IMG/VR virus record: IMGVR_UViG_3300009509_000006
Coordinates: 1 to 64,000 of that record
DNA: 64,000 bases
Source: a virus
Direction: 5' to 3' (one strand)
Position 1 is the stretch's first letter. Each line of letters begins with the position of its first letter. The notes under the pieces are model-generated. The model was not told the origin of the DNA. It saw only the letters and a list, made by a program, of their open reading frames with translations, and ran no database searches. This document shows, piece by piece, positions 63,239 through 64,000 of the stretch. Made by a program: the position numbers and the translations under genes.

Positions 63239-63981
63239 TCTTCCCCCTGGTCGTCGCCCTCCACGATGCTCTCGTACACCTCGCAGGCGTCGAGAAGAAC
63301 CGAGAACTGCGATTCGAAAGCCTCTTGAAGAGCCTCGAGGTCCTCGATGTCACCCTCTTCGATGGCATCGACAACCGTGCCGGCGAGGTTCGCCAGGCCC
63401 ACGCAGCTGTCCGCGAGCTCGGCGAGCTCTTCGTCCTCGTCTTCGTTCGCGAAGAAGCGGAACGCCTCGCTCAGAAGCGCCGCGATCTCCTGGATGTACC
63501 CGAAACCCTCGTGCGCTTCGGTCAGGACATCGTCACGGTCGATCTCGACCGCCTCGGGCTCGGTGTGATCGACGAGACCCTTGATCTCGCTGATCAGGTC
63601 CGTGATGCGCCCCAGGGCGACATCGTCTTCCTTGCGAGTGCCCTTTCGGAGAGCCGCAGCTGCGACCTTCTCCTTGTGGGTCTGCCACTGCGGGCGTTCG
63701 TACTTCTTCTCGCGCTTTCGAGCGGCAGCCTTTCCTTTGCCACCTCGGCGATAGCGCCGGCCACGAAGAAGCTCCTTCATGGGAGTCCTTGCCAATGTCT
63801 TTTTCGTCCCGATGCGACGCTTGATTCGGACGCGCTCTTCGAGCTCGCCGTCCTTGTCGTCGTCGTCGCCCTCGAGCTCGGGGTCCGTCGTGACCTCGTC
63901 CTCCTCGGGGAGCACGTCTTCGCTCAGGAGCCCGATCGCCTTGAGGTCCTCTTGCAGGGACCGCACTACGACGTTGTACAT
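63235..63981 (-). CDS. Prohead core/scaffold protein (gp67/gp68-like)
   Basis: AGGAGG RBS; alternating acidic and very basic blocks, many L-x-E sites; upstream of the protease. Confidence 0.75.
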   Translation of the reverse strand: MYNVVVRSLQEDLKAIGLLSEDVLPEEDEVTTDPELEGDDDDKDGELEERVRIKRRIGTKKTLARTPMKELLRGRRYRRGGKGKAAARKREKKYERPQWQTHKEKVAAAALRKGTRKEDDVALGRITDLISEIKGLVDHTEPEAVEIDRDDVLTEAHEGFGYIQEIAALLSEAFRFFANEDEDEELAELADSCVGLANLAGTVVDAIEEGDIEDLEALQEAFESQFSVLLDACEVYESIVEGDDQGED

Positions 63982-64000
63982 TCCGATTCCTCCTACTCGC

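Larger units (their letters stand above)
1..64000. mobile_element. Segment of a large T4-type-head, contractile-tail bacteriophage genome (virion morphogenesis plus accessory region)
   Basis: Collinear head-neck-sheath-tube-tape measure-baseplate-fibre genes on the minus strand; no host housekeeping operons. Confidence 0.97.

Noticed and set aside
63057-63374. ORF-track 105-aa minus-strand ORF
   Set aside because: Overlaps the core gene out of frame and lacks coupling; the alternative frame 63017-63238 fits better
1491-63584. Many long plus-strand ORFs (e.g. 1778-3313, 7466-9238, 17234-19510, 33314-35236, 50588-53233, 60212-61528)
   Set aside because: Antisense shadows of GC3-biased minus-strand genes; no RBS, coupling or recognisable motifs
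1-64000. CRISPR array, DGR template/variable repeat, intron or intein
   Set aside because: No regularly spaced direct repeats in the short intergenic gaps; no adenine-specific repeat pair or reverse transcriptase; no splicing motifs seen in capsid, protease or sheath. Checked by eye only
1-64000. Stop-codon reassignment as in some large phages
   Set aside because: Genes tile densely in the standard code; TAG, TGA and TAA all end genes at coupled junctions

Overview
This window is a segment of a large, high-GC (by eye about 65%) myovirus with a T4-type head and a contractile tail. It is almost entirely encoded on the minus strand, with translationally coupled genes. Read in transcription order (64000 to 1389) it carries prohead core protein(s), a gp21-type prohead protease fused to a scaffold-like coiled coil, the gp23-type major capsid protein, putative internal head proteins, neck proteins (gp13/gp14/gp15-like), tail sheath and two tail tube proteins. 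Next come a tail chaperone with a -1 frameshift site, the tape measure, LysM, hub, spike, gp25 and baseplate J proteins, and about 20 kb of fibres and spikes that include a patatin phospholipase. An accessory region follows, with a Nudix hydrolase, J-domain protein, GroES, SEC-C protein, thymidine kinase and lytic transglycosylase. A short convergent plus-strand block (1-1318) holds membrane proteins. The strongest novelty candidate is a dispersed family of unrelated proteins sharing an N-terminal leader MR(D/N/R)(L/M/F)I(E/Q/T/D)E(G/A)xxLL(E/D/A), with the same 15-bp DNA start in three genes. It resembles the T4 capsid-targeting sequence, suggesting a modular system for packaging and injecting cargo proteins. 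One cargo is a HEXXH protein with an inserted sigma-54 RpoN-box-like domain. Other candidates are an unannotated 58-aa peptide copying the mature capsid N-terminus, a hidden Arg-rich ORF without a canonical start, a promoter/terminator-bounded sRNA candidate and a tRNA 3'-half remnant. All family assignments come from motif recognition by eye and gene order; no searches were run and the host is not determined.
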